From Minutocellus sp. GHC0000111 (taxonomy: Eukaryota), in contig OZ361257.1 of NCBI GenBank assembly GCA_977018835.1, positions 124,001 to 188,000 of the forward strand: 64,000 nt of DNA, in the 5' to 3' direction. How positions within the stretch are numbered: the first letter of the stretch is position 1; every line of letters starts with the position of its first letter. The notes below the pieces were generated by a model. That model made no database searches, was not told the origin of the DNA, and was given only the letters and a program-made list of their open reading frames with translations. The position numbers and the translations under genes were made by a program. Positions 29,592 through 42,200 of this stretch are shown piece after piece.

Positions 29592-32500
29592 TTAACCGAA
29601 GGAAAATTTCGAACTCAAACTAGATATTGCACTTGAACATGAAGAAAGAGACATGGGACTTGTCAGTTTTTGTCAACAATGTTGATCACACTATGCGCGT
29701 CAAATCATATTTTGCTGTACTTACATGGCAAATGCTTGTGTTGCCGAGAGCGGGTGCTGGAAATCCATGGTAAAGGAGTGACGTCCTTCAATTCTACCAA
29801 ATTGGAGCATGACATGTTCCTGGTTACTTCGCTCGCACAATTGAAAATTTTTTACAGATGCCACACTAACACGACCTCCGAAATTCAGAACAAACGCTCC
29901 GAGTTCTGCATTCCACCAGGGTGGACGATTTTGCAAGGCCAAGAGTCCAAATTCGTCGGGGGATATGTCTCGATTGACACCTTCAGAATTATTCTGTCCC
30001 ACCGCACGCTGAGAGTTTCCATGTTGCGAACTAAACTGCTGCTGAAGCTGCTTGAATCTATGCATCATGCTTTCGTCCGCGCCCATTTCAAAAGCGGCGT
30101 CAATGTGAGATTTCCACAAAGGTGATACAGACCCTCCATTGGAAATTTTCGGAATACAAACGTCCACGATTCGAGGGCGATTGCCAAGTAGGTTAGCCGT
30201 GTACGTTATCACTCCTACTTCTTCTTCTTTAAATCGTTTTTTGGAAGAAGCATCTGGAGCGCTAGAAAAGAAAGGACCATTGTCACAATTGTCATTCGCT
30301 ATTGCCCGACGTGAGCGGAGAGTTGGCCAAGACCTCCTTCTTGTCTGCTGCATTGTAGATGAAACATCTGGATCTGTGGTTTTGTCTGCACCCTCCTCAG
30401 TGCCACTCACGATGCTACTTGCATTACTGCTTCGGCGACTACGTAACCGTTTAGACAATATCAAGCCATTCTGCATTTCAGTAGAGCCGAGAGAAATCGA
30501 GTGCTGTGGTGCAGACTGAACACTGCTCCAGGTTCCCTGACTGACAATGCTTGATACTTCCATGTCGCTGCCGCTTCCACTATCAAAGGAACTTGACCGA
30601 GAGTATCCTCTAACCGACTGAGAAGCTCCCTTATCTGACCCTACAGACTGATTCTGTCTCTTGGTAGAGAAAGGCGGGGCAAAAATTTGGAATTCAGTCC
30701 CAATGAAATTGCTCTGGAGTCTTCCTACTTCCCTAGAAATCACCTTGTCTGCAGACGGAAAGAGCCGCTGGTCTGGCCCACGAGAATCATTGCACACCGA
30801 CGCATCGTTCACTGCCAGAAAATGAGATTCGATGTCGCGGTCGGTTGGCATGTAGAGGTGGTAGTTGTTCACACCGCGTTTACCTGTGTTACTTGTCATC
30901 GTCACCTCTTAGTCCTTGTACTTTGCAATCATCAGGATTGTATCACATCTAGGGGTTGAAGCACCGTGCCCACTCGTTGTCTGTTCATCTTCTCTCTTGT
31001 CGCGAATGAAAAGTCTGTATTGATACGAGGGGGAAAATCTACCCTTCATGTTTACACCTTTTTTGGAGCTGGTTGTCTTGATTCTCTCTGTTTCACATTG
31101 GATGGTGCCAAAAGTCTTTGGGCAAGGATTTGTGAGGAAACTGTGAAGGTCAAACATTCTCGGGACTGGCGTGTGGCCGTCATGAAAGTGAACCCCTTTC
31201 GTTGAAGGAAAATATTCGTCCCAAAAATCAAGAAGACAGTCATCGAAGGCTGCGCTTTGGTAGTGGGTCAGATGCGAGTCAAGCTTTCGTTGGTAGAAAA
31301 GAACACGTGATCGCAGGCTGAGAAGAGAGGGTTCGTCCTTCGTAAGCCGATGCTGCATGCATGTGCTTTGCATCTTTGAGATCCCCATGGAGGATGAACT
31401 GTAAACCTCAACTTCAACATCAGGTGCATTAATGCCAATGAGAGGCACAGTAGTCGCATCTTCTCTAGCAGCTTGTGGGGCCAACATCCTTGTGTTATCT
31501 TCGCGAACACTGCTTCTTACAGAAACGCCACAATCCATTGAAGTGACATTTCTAGCCCGCGAGCTAGCGTGCATCAGAGAAGCAGATCGGAACAATCTGC
31601 TGGAAAAAAGAGGATGAAAAAAATCAGCTCCTAGACTAAGGGGGGCTGTCTTGCGCCTTCCGCCTTGATCATCCACAGCGGGACGTCCAAGCAAATGCCT
31701 ATCGGCCAAGTGACGATGGATTCTTACGGAACAAAGTGGCCGGTGCCGAAGAATTGCGGTGCTTCGATTGCCTAAGCAGGCAGATGATGTAAGATTGGTA
31801 GAGGATGCACTTCTACGAGGTGGTAGAGAAGCCTCTTCAAGCGAGGAAGATTGGCTACGGGCTGATGATGGGCGAAGAGCTACCGAATTCGTAAGAGAAT
31901 GCCGCCGGCGCTCCAGCAACGTCTGCAAGTTGGAGTTCTCTATTTCAGCACTTTTCTGTTGCCAAAAGAGACACTTTTCCTCTAGATATGTGACGTCGGA
32001 ATGGTAACACCCCCCCCCTCTCCCTCCATTCGTCTCTATTGGAATAGAAAGGGTCAAGAAAAGGCGATGCCCCGTGGCGATTGTCACTGTCATTTTCCGG
32101 ACCAATCGAGTTGGTGGTCACAGCTGAGCTATGAACCCCCCTCACTGCATTGGCTTCGGATGTTCGGGTGGTGACATCCCCATAAGTCACACCTCCTGCT
32201 ATCTCTCGACTAGGCCACGTTGACCCACTCTCATCTGAAGTGCGCATGTCTTGCGCTTCAACTGACATCCGCCAAGTGAGGGTCTGATACGAAAATCCGC
32301 GACATTTGGGATAGATCGGAACACCGCTACTAACACAGAGAGCAGCAAGTTCCTGGGCGTCTGAGTGTTCCCCCCGAAACTTTCGGCATGAACCAACATT
32401 ACGACACCACAAAGTAGCATTCAGGGCGCGTTTTCGACGGGTCAACACGTGCGTGTGCGAGTATAAGGAAAAATTGATCATTAGGACATGTTATTCTCAT

Positions 32501-32870
32501 TGAGAGGACAAACAGAACCAGTCAAGAGGAAATAAAACATTCCACCCTCATGCAAGGCATCAAGAAGAACGATTGAAACAATCGGCCCTACCCATGCCGT
32601 CACAATTTCCGTGGCACAGCGAAAGCCATGCATCCGAACTCTACGAAAGATCTCCCGGCTCGTGTTGCTCGCACTTCGTCCCGTCTGTCCGAGGTTGCTC
32701 CAATCTATTGGTGTCAGGAATGATGCGACACAGTGAAGGGAATCCAGCGGCAGGGACAAAAGAGGCGGTCCCCTTGTGCAACGCGAATGTCCTCCAAAGA
32801 TGGACTTGCTTCCTCCTTCGACATGTTCCCGTGGAGTGCATGGAACCGAGTTGTCAGAAATCATGGTCAA
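29592..32870 (-). pseudogene. F-box-like + Tubby C-terminal domain protein, disrupted
   Basis: N-terminal LLSLPLDSLHCVASFL (F-box-like); Tubby motifs LQSNFIGTEF and LQNRPPWWN..VLNFGGRVSVASVKNFQL, LQFGR. Frameshift in the C-run at ~32010 and an in-frame TAA at 30911-30909. Confidence 0.85.
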
Positions 32871-33211
32871 TTCACTTCTATGTGAACGTTTACTCGCCTA
32901 GCTAGATAGCTACAGCTACGTAGCTCTACTACTACGTAGCTAGTCTAGGCCTACTACGTAGCTACTAGCTAGCTACGTAGCTACGTACCGGTACTAGTAG
33001 CTCCTGTACGAAGCATTAAAAAAAAGAGAGAATTGTAGGTACGTCTATTTGCTGAAAAAGTACATACTAATCTAGTAGTACGGCTACGATACTCTAATTT
33101 ACCTACATAATACTCGCCAAAAAAAGGAGAACTCGCCAATGCTGCAATTGGGAACAGACTCACAAGCTAGATCACTTCACCCAGGTACGACGAGTATTTG
33201 AAACGCAAACC

Positions 33212-34910
33212 ATGGTCTCCTTCCGGAAGAGCAAGTCCAAGAAAACGGCAGCAGCGGAGGTTGCAAAGGAAGAAGTCCCGGAGAAGGCTTCTGCTACGGA
33301 GCCAAAGTCTGAGGAAAAGGGCGACGATGGGCCAGCAAAGGAGGAAAAGCCAAAGCCAGCTCCCGCACCAGCCCCGTCAAAGCCCCCCACCCTTGATGAT
33401 ATTCCTGATCTGCTCAAAACAATGACTGAGGAAAAGGGCGAAAAATCTGCCGCTGCTACAAAGAGAATTTATGAACTTTGTGACGTTGGCCACAAGCAGA
33501 ATCGTGTTCCGATGGTTTGCTCCGGCAAGTGGGATGTCCTTACCCCGCTCGCCAAATGCCTCACACAAGAATCGGGCGATGGGCGCCACTTGGCCTGCTT
33601 GGCGTTGAACAATCTGTCCATTCCCACCGAGAACAAACGAGTAATGGCCCTCGGGCCTGCCTCGAAAGAGGTTATCGGTGGGCTTTGCAAAGTTATTGCG
33701 GAGGATAAGCAGGAATCTTACTTGTGCTGCATCTGTCTAATGAATCTTTCCTTCCTTGAGGCATCCATTACAACAATCCTTCAGCATAGCCCCGTTGACG
33801 AAGGTGCTTCGCCTGTTCCTCCCCTGGATAACCCGAATTCCCTCATCCGTGTCCTTGAGAAGCTCCTCACCAACTCTCCCTCTGCGCCAAAGTCAGGATC
33901 TGGCAAGTCGGAGGGAGTTCGTTGGGCATGCGGTCTCATCAAGAACTTGGCCAAATCAGAGGAGAACGCTGCTCTATTCGGCAAGACCGAAATCCCTCGC
34001 TGCATCGTAGAAAACATTCGCAACACCACAGCCCCTCCCTCTCGATGGACTTCCAACTCGCTTGAGGATTTTTCTCTTTTTGTTATCCTCAACCTTGCCC
34101 AGTGGCCTGTATCGAAGGAGGCCCTCATCAATGCTGGTGCCGTTGACGTGATCAAACCAATCATGTCTGAGGGCGACCTGCAGGGACTCAAGGCCACTAT
34201 GGCATGTGCATTCCTCGATGCAAAGTGGGGAGACTTCCCTGAGGGTGGCGCTCCTGCCTCCAAGTCTGTTTCGGAGTTGATGACAAACATAGTTGAGAAA
34301 AAGGGAAAGGATGGTCAGTATGCCTATGGTGTCTTCAAACTATACACAGCTACGAAGGCCTACCGCGATTTGGCAGTTTCTGCCATGGAGTCTGGTAGCT
34401 CTAGCACCAAGGCACTTGCCACGCCTTCTTCCGTCGCCCTCTGCCTCCAGGTTGTTTCTGACCTCGTCCTTGCGGCTGTTGATGACGCCGAGGGTGGATC
34501 GAAATATGTTCCAGACGCCATGTCTGCTGAATATGCAGTTGGTGCCATCGAAGCTATGCTCCCTGCCATTCTTGACGAGGCCGATCCTCCTCGTGTTTCT
34601 GTCCAGTCCGAAAAGGCCGCAGGTGAGGTTGCGCAAATGCTTTTGACATATTCTGACATCGCTGGCACTTCCGCCGCAGCAAAGGCAAGTGCAAAAAAAA
34701 TCCGCCGACGAGATCAAGTCTTCCGGAGGCTCCGCCCGACCCATCCTGGAGATCAGCCATGATTTGTGGACCCAATACCGCAAGCGTGAAGGCCAGCCAC
34801 TAGACCAATTCATTAGCCAAGAGAAGGGAATTGAGGTGGATGAGTCAGGTCCGCTAGACTTTCTCCCATGCGTCAACTCAAGCGGAGAGACGAGTTGCAC
34901 CATCTTGTAG
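33212..34910 (+). CDS. Armadillo/HEAT-like repeat protein with C-terminal CaaX (CTIL); frameshift in an A-run at ~34695
   Basis: ARM-like helices (ACLALNNLS, CICLMNLS, WACGLIKNLA, VILNLAQ, INAGAVDVIKP). The frame continues in ORF 34689-34910. Confidence 0.75.
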
Positions 34911-35322
34911 ATGCTTTTATTATACGTGAGGTCAATCGACTCTGATCCATTATATTTTTCAACCTTTACATAAAAATATAATCTTGTTGTTTTGGAAATG
35001 AAAGCATTTTGAACATTAGAAATCATCGTCGCTTGAGCAGGGCACTCATAATATTATAAACCAATAAAAAGATCGCAAAAGTCATATAACGAAAGACCCT
35101 TCTGTATGGATCCCTAAAATGTTTTTCCATTCAAAAAGCTTTAAAAAACTATTCGACAAAGAAAATGCTCTGTATCGATGCATGTTCTTCTCGGGAGGTA
35201 GGGATCCCTACACCTCCGAAGAAGATTGATCCAGTCTAGATAGAAAGAAGGATTTTAAATCTGGAATCAGGAAAAATTTGATGATAAGCTTGTTTGCAAA
35301 ATGTGTATACATGTATATAGGG

Positions 35323-35885
35323 AAATTATCATGCTCGTCGTCGGGTGTCCCCATCGATTCGCCGCATGTGATTGTGTTCTCCAATGGTACAACTATCATC
35401 CTGCGAAAGATGGGACCCGTACATACCATCGTTCTCGCCAAACAATTCACTCATTCCAGGGCTCCAAGTAAATTGTTGTACTCTGCTGCAAGATTTGGAC
35501 GACGATGACACCGCCTTCTTGCCAAAATTATCATGCTCGTCGTCGGGTGTCCCCATCGATTCGCCGCATGTGATTGTGTTCTCCAATGGTACAACTATCA
35601 TCCTGCGAAAGATGGGACCCGTACATACCATCGTTCTCGCCAAACAATTCACTCATTCCAGGGCTCCAAGTAAATTGTTGTACTCTGCTGCAAGATTTGG
35701 ACGACGATGACACCGCCTTCTTGCAGAAATTATCATGCTCGTCGTCGGGTGTCCCCATCGATTCGCCGCATGTGATTGTGTTCTCCAATGGTACAACTAT
35801 CATCCTGCGAAAGATGGGACCCGTACATACCATAGTTCTCGCCAAACAATTCCGTCATGGAAAGGCTCTGATCGCATTCGAGAGA
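35323..35885 (+). repeat. ~203-bp tandem repeat, ~2.7 units
   Basis: Same unit as 62020-64000. Confidence 0.95.
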
Positions 35886-36289
35886 ATAAAATGGACCTTC
35901 GAGTTGTCCGCGCTTTTAGGCCTATGTTACGTTAGATGTTCCTTTTTTAATGTCGACCATACATGAACGTAGATTCGGGCGATGGAAAGTGAAGTAAATG
36001 CTGGTAGAATAAGAAAGGGAAGCCGCAAAGTACTCATATCGCCGTTCAGGTCCACTTTTAAAACCTCTAAATAGTTCTACATGGACACGTATTTATGACT
36101 TGCTGCCGGTGTTCTGAGGAAAATGGAGTCTCAGCCCGTCATTCGAGAAATCCAAAATGGCTTCAAACCAATGATAAATCCCCTCTCCACTTTATCGGTT
36201 ATACCAGAAAACACAGATTAGTCAATATTAGATCTAATGTCCGTAGGCATGTCGCACTACCGGTACTCACTACTACCGGTAGCTTGACT

Positions 36290-37116
36290 AGTACAACATA
36301 ATGACATTTGGTGTGTCCTCCCCCTTGGGACTGTCAGGTTCACATCCTTCCATGGCATTAGTGCCTCGACAGTTGCGTTGACATTGCAACATTCGCCAAA
36401 TATTTCCTTTACATCATCAATCAATATCCCGACTGATTCATACACCTCGCGTGCCTAGGTATCTTGAGGCGACTTCGGTACGTGTACCGGTAGGGCATCA
36501 GGTAATGGCAGTCCACTGCTGGCCGTTTGACTCTTGAAAAGAAGTAGAGCACGATGTTGACCTCTCTGCGCACAGTGTTAACCTCAGGGGTTTGTCGGGG
36601 CTCTCGAGAGGCAAAGCATCTCCAAGATCGTCGAGTGAGTCCGCAAAGTTTCTATATAGATGCCTTGGCTCCTCTGTTTGAACTCGGGAAGGGAGCTCGA
36701 AACAGACTACCTCCGCGACTCTTGTGGCAACACTTTCGTTCAACCTAAAGGTGGGCCGGCTTCCTCATCATTGTATCAATGAAATGAGTCGCAGCCTCCC
36801 GATGAAGGGAAGCCAGCTCGCAGATGAGTGGTTGTTCGTGTTTATCCTCCAGACGGAATAGGTCGTTCTTGTACGATGGGGCTGTGCTCTTCAAATTGGC
36901 AGTGGAAAAGTCACACCGAGCGCGAGCATTGGCAATTCTTTCAGCCTCCTGGTCTACTAGCTGAAGTTGAAGTAAAGTCATCGTGGTCGGCAACATCATC
37001 GGCGTGGCAACGGGGAAAGTGTCATCGTTTTCATTGTCGGCAAGGGCAGCATCTGACTTGTCATCAACACCGCCAGCAGATTTTGCTACGGAGCAGTGTC
37101 GGCCGTGAGACTGCAA
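36290..37116 (-). pseudogene. Fragmented hypothetical coding sequence
   Basis: Three consecutive protein-like ORF pieces on the minus strand in shifting frames; no recognisable family. Confidence 0.3.
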
Positions 37117-37488
37117 GACAGCTACCTACGTACATGTAGCTACATGAAGGCACATGTAGTGTGTCACATTTGTTCGTACTGCGATACGTACGTAATTCTC
37201 TAGCTGCGTAGCTACGTAGGCCTCTAGCTACGTACGTAGCTAGACTAGTCTAGTCTACCTAGCTAGCTACGTACTAGCTAGCTACGTACTAGTACCAATT
37301 GGTAATTTTGAGAGAGTACATGTACTAGTAGAGTACCTCTCTAGGTACGTATGCACCAGTCTTTTCTCTAGACTAGGATCTCCTGTAACCTACGTACCAG
37401 GTACCTACAGGTAAACAAGAGCGTTGAATCGGATCAAGATAAAAACCACAAGGTTACCTTCTCAATTGGAGTATTACAGTTTTCCATC

Positions 37489-39592
37489 ATGGCAAACAAC
37501 CCGTTCGATGATTTCGCGCAAGATTTTGGCGCTTCGCTCCCGGGACTGCAAAACCAGGCGCCTCCTGCCGATGGCTCAGGCAGTGTTGTTGGCACAGCAG
37601 CAGCTGGCGGCGCAGCTCCTTTTTCTACAACTTCGTTCAGTGTTCAGCAGCAAGTGCCTCCGAGCACCGTTGTGAATCAGCCTCAGCAGTTTGGTCAAGT
37701 CCCAGTTTCTCAGCAGTATCCTCGCCAACAGCTTCCCTCCTCTGCTCCAGCCGCAGTTGCAACGAATGGAACAGTTGTTCCTCCTGTTCAGCAGCAGCCA
37801 CCGGCATCGCAGCAGCCCGTCATTGGTACCAACACTTCTGCCGCGGGCATGTACTATCAGCAACCACCGGCACAGCAGGCTCACCGGCCGCTGCCACCAC
37901 AGACATCCTCTTCTGCTCTTGTCCCTACCGCCGTTGATGCCGCCACTCCCAGTCCATACGCTTCAATGCTCGGACCTCCCCCGGTTGGTCAGCAGCTTAA
38001 CGTGCCACCTTCCGTGGGAGTGCCGAACGGTGTTGGTGCACCTTCCTCCGCTTCTTCTATTGGTGTCAATCCGTTCCAGACTGTTCCTCCAACTGTCGCT
38101 TCAACCATCCCGGTCATCGATCAAAGCAACCCCTTTGCCGCTGCTCCTGTCCGAGCACCCCTCGTGCAGGCTCCTGTCGTGGGAGAAGCTAGTACTTCAC
38201 CTCCTTTTCAAGACTCTTTGCCTGGGGTTTCCGGAATGGTCCCTACCACTGCTCCTGGTCCCTGTGGTACGCCAGCCGTTCCTAATGCAGGCCAAGGGCA
38301 ATTCGACCCCATTTCAATGGCCCACCCTCCAGCACCTTCTAACGACCCATTCGGAGCATCGGTTTCCCCGCCGTCCCTCGGCGCTAGCGCTAGTGCTCTT
38401 GTCCCGGCCTCCCAACCTTCAGATGATCCCTTCGGTGTGTTTGCGACACCTTCTGCTGCAGTTGCGCCTGTCGATCCCACCGGAAGCGTTGATCCCGTGT
38501 CAGCCTCCGCGCCTCCTCCTTCGAGCGATCCCTGGGCCGATATGGGCTTTGGACCCCCCATACCTGACTCAGGCAACGTCACAGCTGTGGGGTCTACTGC
38601 GTCGGTTGGCGGTGCAACTCAGGGTGAAACCAGACAAGGAAGGGATGGTTCAAAGACCTCCAACCGAACTCCTGGAGAGTTACCTCCTGGTGGCGAGTGG
38701 TACGATGCACGTATTTTCACCCCTACCCTTGGAGTCATGTTCTTCAAGCCACAGGAACTTACCGACAGCTTGTTCCTTCAGACTGACAAAGCTCTTGTCG
38801 ATGCCTTAGACGACCGCCCTGTCGTTGCATTCATAGTGGAGGGGTCTTCTGCTCGTTCAGCAGGCGTCGAGTTAGGCCACGTTCTCCTTAAGGTGAATGG
38901 AATAGACGTCAAGAATCCCAAGGAAGCATCGAGACTCATTAAGGAGGGACCACGCCCTCTCCCTCTCCTCTTCTGTGTCCCCGACACCACGGTGGTTGTT
39001 GCCGAGGGAGAGCACATGGTGAAGTACGACACTCGAGAAACCGGAGCTCCAAACTCAGCGAAGGACTGGAAGCCAAAGTATGTTGTCATTGGAGGAATAA
39101 TTGCTCAGCCTAGGATGATGAACATGTACCGGTCCAAGGTAAGTTGACATGAACGATTCTATTTTGTAATGTCGAAGGATTTAGTTCGAAGTGCATTTTC
39201 TCTTCACACCGTCCACTGACCACGAAATTCTTGTCCTTTCTCAACCTGTACAGTCTGAGTATGACATCGCAGTCATCGAAACGCGAGCCCGTCGGCCGGT
39301 TTCAGTTAAAGTCAAGCAGTTTTCGTTGCAAGGAGCACACATCCAGAATGATTGGCAGGGGCCACAAATGGTGAAATATAAAAACAAACTTCATCCTTGG
39401 AAGTATATTGTCGTCCTCCCTGTTTCTCGGAACCCAATCAAGATCTCCAGTCCAAACCTCAGCCAACTGAAGCCAGTCCACGAGGGCATCAGGCGTGTTT
39501 TAATGGCTCAGCAGCGTGACCATGGTCATCCAAGTCCTCACACAGCTGCACCCGTAAGAACTGCGGATCCATATTCTCGAAATGGTCACTGA
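37489..39592 (+). CDS. Pro/Ala-rich protein with NPF/DPF/DPW motifs, PDZ domain and PH-like C-terminus
   Basis: PDZ signature VVAFIVEGSSARSAGVELGHVLLKVNGIDV; intron 39139-39253. Confidence 0.85.
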
Positions 39593-39849
39593 ACTTATTA
39601 GAGTGGTAATGGTAGAAGAACCAGCAAAGTAATTTTCGTTTTAAAAGAACCTAACGATCAGACGTTTCTGACAACGCTCACGACATGATGATCCTCTCGT
39701 GCTCTTGACGCATAGATCTACATGTAGATCTAGAATATTAGATCTAATATCCACATTTCCTCCTCGGTTGATGAAGGGTCGAAAACAGAAGCGTAGGTCT
39801 AGACTCTACCGGTAGTCTAGATCTAGATCTACATGCCTTGACTCTAGAT

Positions 39850-40110
39850 CTAGATCTATTGATCTTGCCCTCAAGATGACAATTTGATAAACTAGATCTA
39901 GATCTACGCCCTGAGTATCACTACATGTAGATCTAGAGATCTAGATCTAGCTAGATCTAGACTCTAGTTAATCTAGAGTCTAGACTAGACTAACTAGTCT
40001 ACGAATAAGAAAGACGAAGGTGTTGCGGTGAATTGCCTTGACCCTATTGACTTTGCCCTCAAGATGACAAAATTTGACAAACGTTTACGTAGATCTAGAT
40101 TCTACATGTA
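39850..40110 (+). mobile_element. Fragments of RLE retrotransposon subfamily A 3'UTR riddled with TA footprints
   Basis: GAATAAGAAAGACGAAG..TGAATTGCCTTGACCCTATTGA..GCCCTCAAGATGACAA..AAACGTTTACGTAGA. Confidence 0.7.
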
Positions 40111-40556
40111 GATCTATAACTCGCCTACTAGAGGAGCTCCTCTAGTGACATTCTTACCTGATTTGTAATATGTATACATATAATATATAAGATCTACCTA
40201 TATATTACAAATCAGCAAAGAATGTCATTAGTAATATACCTAGGTACATGCATATAACAAATCAGCAAAGAATGCCGCTACATGTACATGTACATGTAGC
40301 TACATGTAGTACCTAGGTACATGTATGATGACTCGACTCAAGCGAGAAAAAAACGACGACAAGTGCATGCATAGATCTAGATCTAGATCTAGATCTATTC
40401 TAGCTACTAGATCTAGATCTAGATGTACACACTGCGGAATTTGCGGCACATGTAGATCTAGTAGGTGATCGTTGCTATATAAGGACCAACGTTCAAATCT
40501 CACTACCAACGACAACAGACCATTCCTGAACATAATATATATATATGTTACCGGTA

Positions 40557-40618
40557 GTCCCACTTTGCGCACTGTCCCAGTTTGCGAACTGGGACAGTAC
40601 ATGTACGCATTTTGGGAC
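40557..40618. mobile_element. Tiny palindromic MITE (GTCCCA..TGGGAC); related end at 41531
   Basis: TA-GTCCCACTTTGCGCACTGTCCCAGTTTGCGAACTGGGACAGT[ACATGTA]CGCATTTTGGGAC-TA. Confidence 0.65.
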
Positions 40619-40861
40619 TAGATCTAACACTGCTTGGTCGAGCTTAGATCTAGCTCCCAGCAGGGTCTGTTCGTCGTAGTTGTTGGTAGTTCGCTGGGAT
40701 TTGACCGTTGACGCGTCCGTTGGGATTCGTCGCAACGATCACCTAACTCGCCTACTAGATCTAGATCTAGCGACATTCTTTTCTTACATGTATTTGTAAC
40801 ATGTATACATATATAATATAACTCGCCTACTAGATCTAGTGACATTCTTTGCTGATTTGTA

Positions 40862-41375
40862 CCGTAGTTCAAAGAGTAAGCCATTAAAGAATTAGTCCCA
40901 TCAGGCGAGCTTGGGCAATTTTGTTAAAATATTGTTCCCATCCTGTAGATCTATATGTTAATTCAAACACCCGACTTGGTGACGTGACAATTTTTGAAGA
41001 ACTGTTACCACCCTCGTCTCGAGCAATCTGTGCCGCCTCCTCAGAAATGAACTTGAAAATGGTGCTGCCATGGTGTGAAGAAGATGAAGAAGGCAATCAA
41101 ACTGCGTACAAGGAAAATAAAGAACTTCACGGCAATTCTCACTAGAGAAGATACATGTAAGACGAAGTGCAGAAGGTCTCTCTATGCACTCTAGATCTAC
41201 ATGTAGCTACGTGCACCTAGGCTGCACGTAGCATGTGCCGTAAAGAGATAACGCCACATGTAGCAAGCATGTAGCATGGAGTTCAAACATTATTCCCATC
41301 ATCGGAAGTCGACTTAAATATTTTTAATGCTCCCATCCATGAAAAAATTTCGATGGCTTATTCTTTGAACTACGG
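40862..41375. mobile_element. Non-autonomous TIR element (CCGTA ends) inserted in the tail of a SINE-like copy
   Basis: TIR CCGTAGTTCAAAGA(G/A)TAAGCCAT with TA duplication. Removing it restores the consensus GATTTGTAATATATA seen at 41500. Confidence 0.92.
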
Positions 41376-41403
41376 TAATATATACATATAGGAATTCCTA
41401 CTG

Positions 41404-41526
41404 GGATGGTCTGTTCGTCGTTGGTAGTTCGCTGGGATTTGACCGTTAGGATTCGTTCCAACGATCACCTAACTCGCCTACTAATGACATTCTTTGCTGA
41501 TTTGTAATATATATATATATATATAT
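41404..41526 (+). mobile_element. SINE-like repeat, cleanest copy, ending in (TA)n
   Basis: Homologous copies at 15152, 40117, 40200-40540 (minus), 40665, 45608 (minus), 50172 (minus) and 58005 share the 3' end TTTGCTGATTTGTAAT. Confidence 0.75.
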
Positions 41527-42200
41527 GTTAGTCCCAAAATGCGCACTGTCCCAGTTCGCGAACTGGGATCCCAGTTTGCGAACTTGGGTTAGGGTTGGAT
41601 TTATTTATCCCAGTTTGGAAACTGGGATCATAGGCACAATCTCAGTTTGCAAACTGGGATCAATCGAGAAATAATGAATATTTAGCATGGATGATATCGC
41701 CTTTGCTTCTCCTCGCTTCATTTTTTCATAGTGAAGCAACACAGCCCAAACCTGGTCCAGACGTCCAGACGACACTATCAGCAAAGAAATATATATATGT
41801 AGCAATTCCGAGGTTACATGTGACGTACGTACGTAGCCCAGACCATCAATTATTGAGAGCCATCAGCATATTGAGACCAATGGTCTGAAACGAATACTCC
41901 CAGGTACCGGTACATGTAGGTACTAGATTTACGAGCTATTCCGAGGTTACAGGAGCGGCCTTGAGCATCACTACGAGTACATATATATACCGGTAGTTCT
42001 AGATCTAGTAGATATAGATCTTAATAAAATCATGAACTAACTCCACTTTCTCTTCGATTCCTGGGAAATCATTAACTCCGCTTTCTTTTCGATTCCTGGG
42101 AAATGGCGTTCGACCAAAGTGTGGAATATCGGTCCATAGGCAATTCCGAGGTTATAAATGGCCCTAAACTCACTACTAGTACTAGATCTAGTAGAGTCTA

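Noticed and set aside
39710..40440. GATC/GANTC chains as Hi-C ligation junction artefacts
   Set aside because: The cores are always TA-bounded, include CATG, CCGG, GGCC and CG, avoid exons and show later point decay. A read-level check is still advisable.
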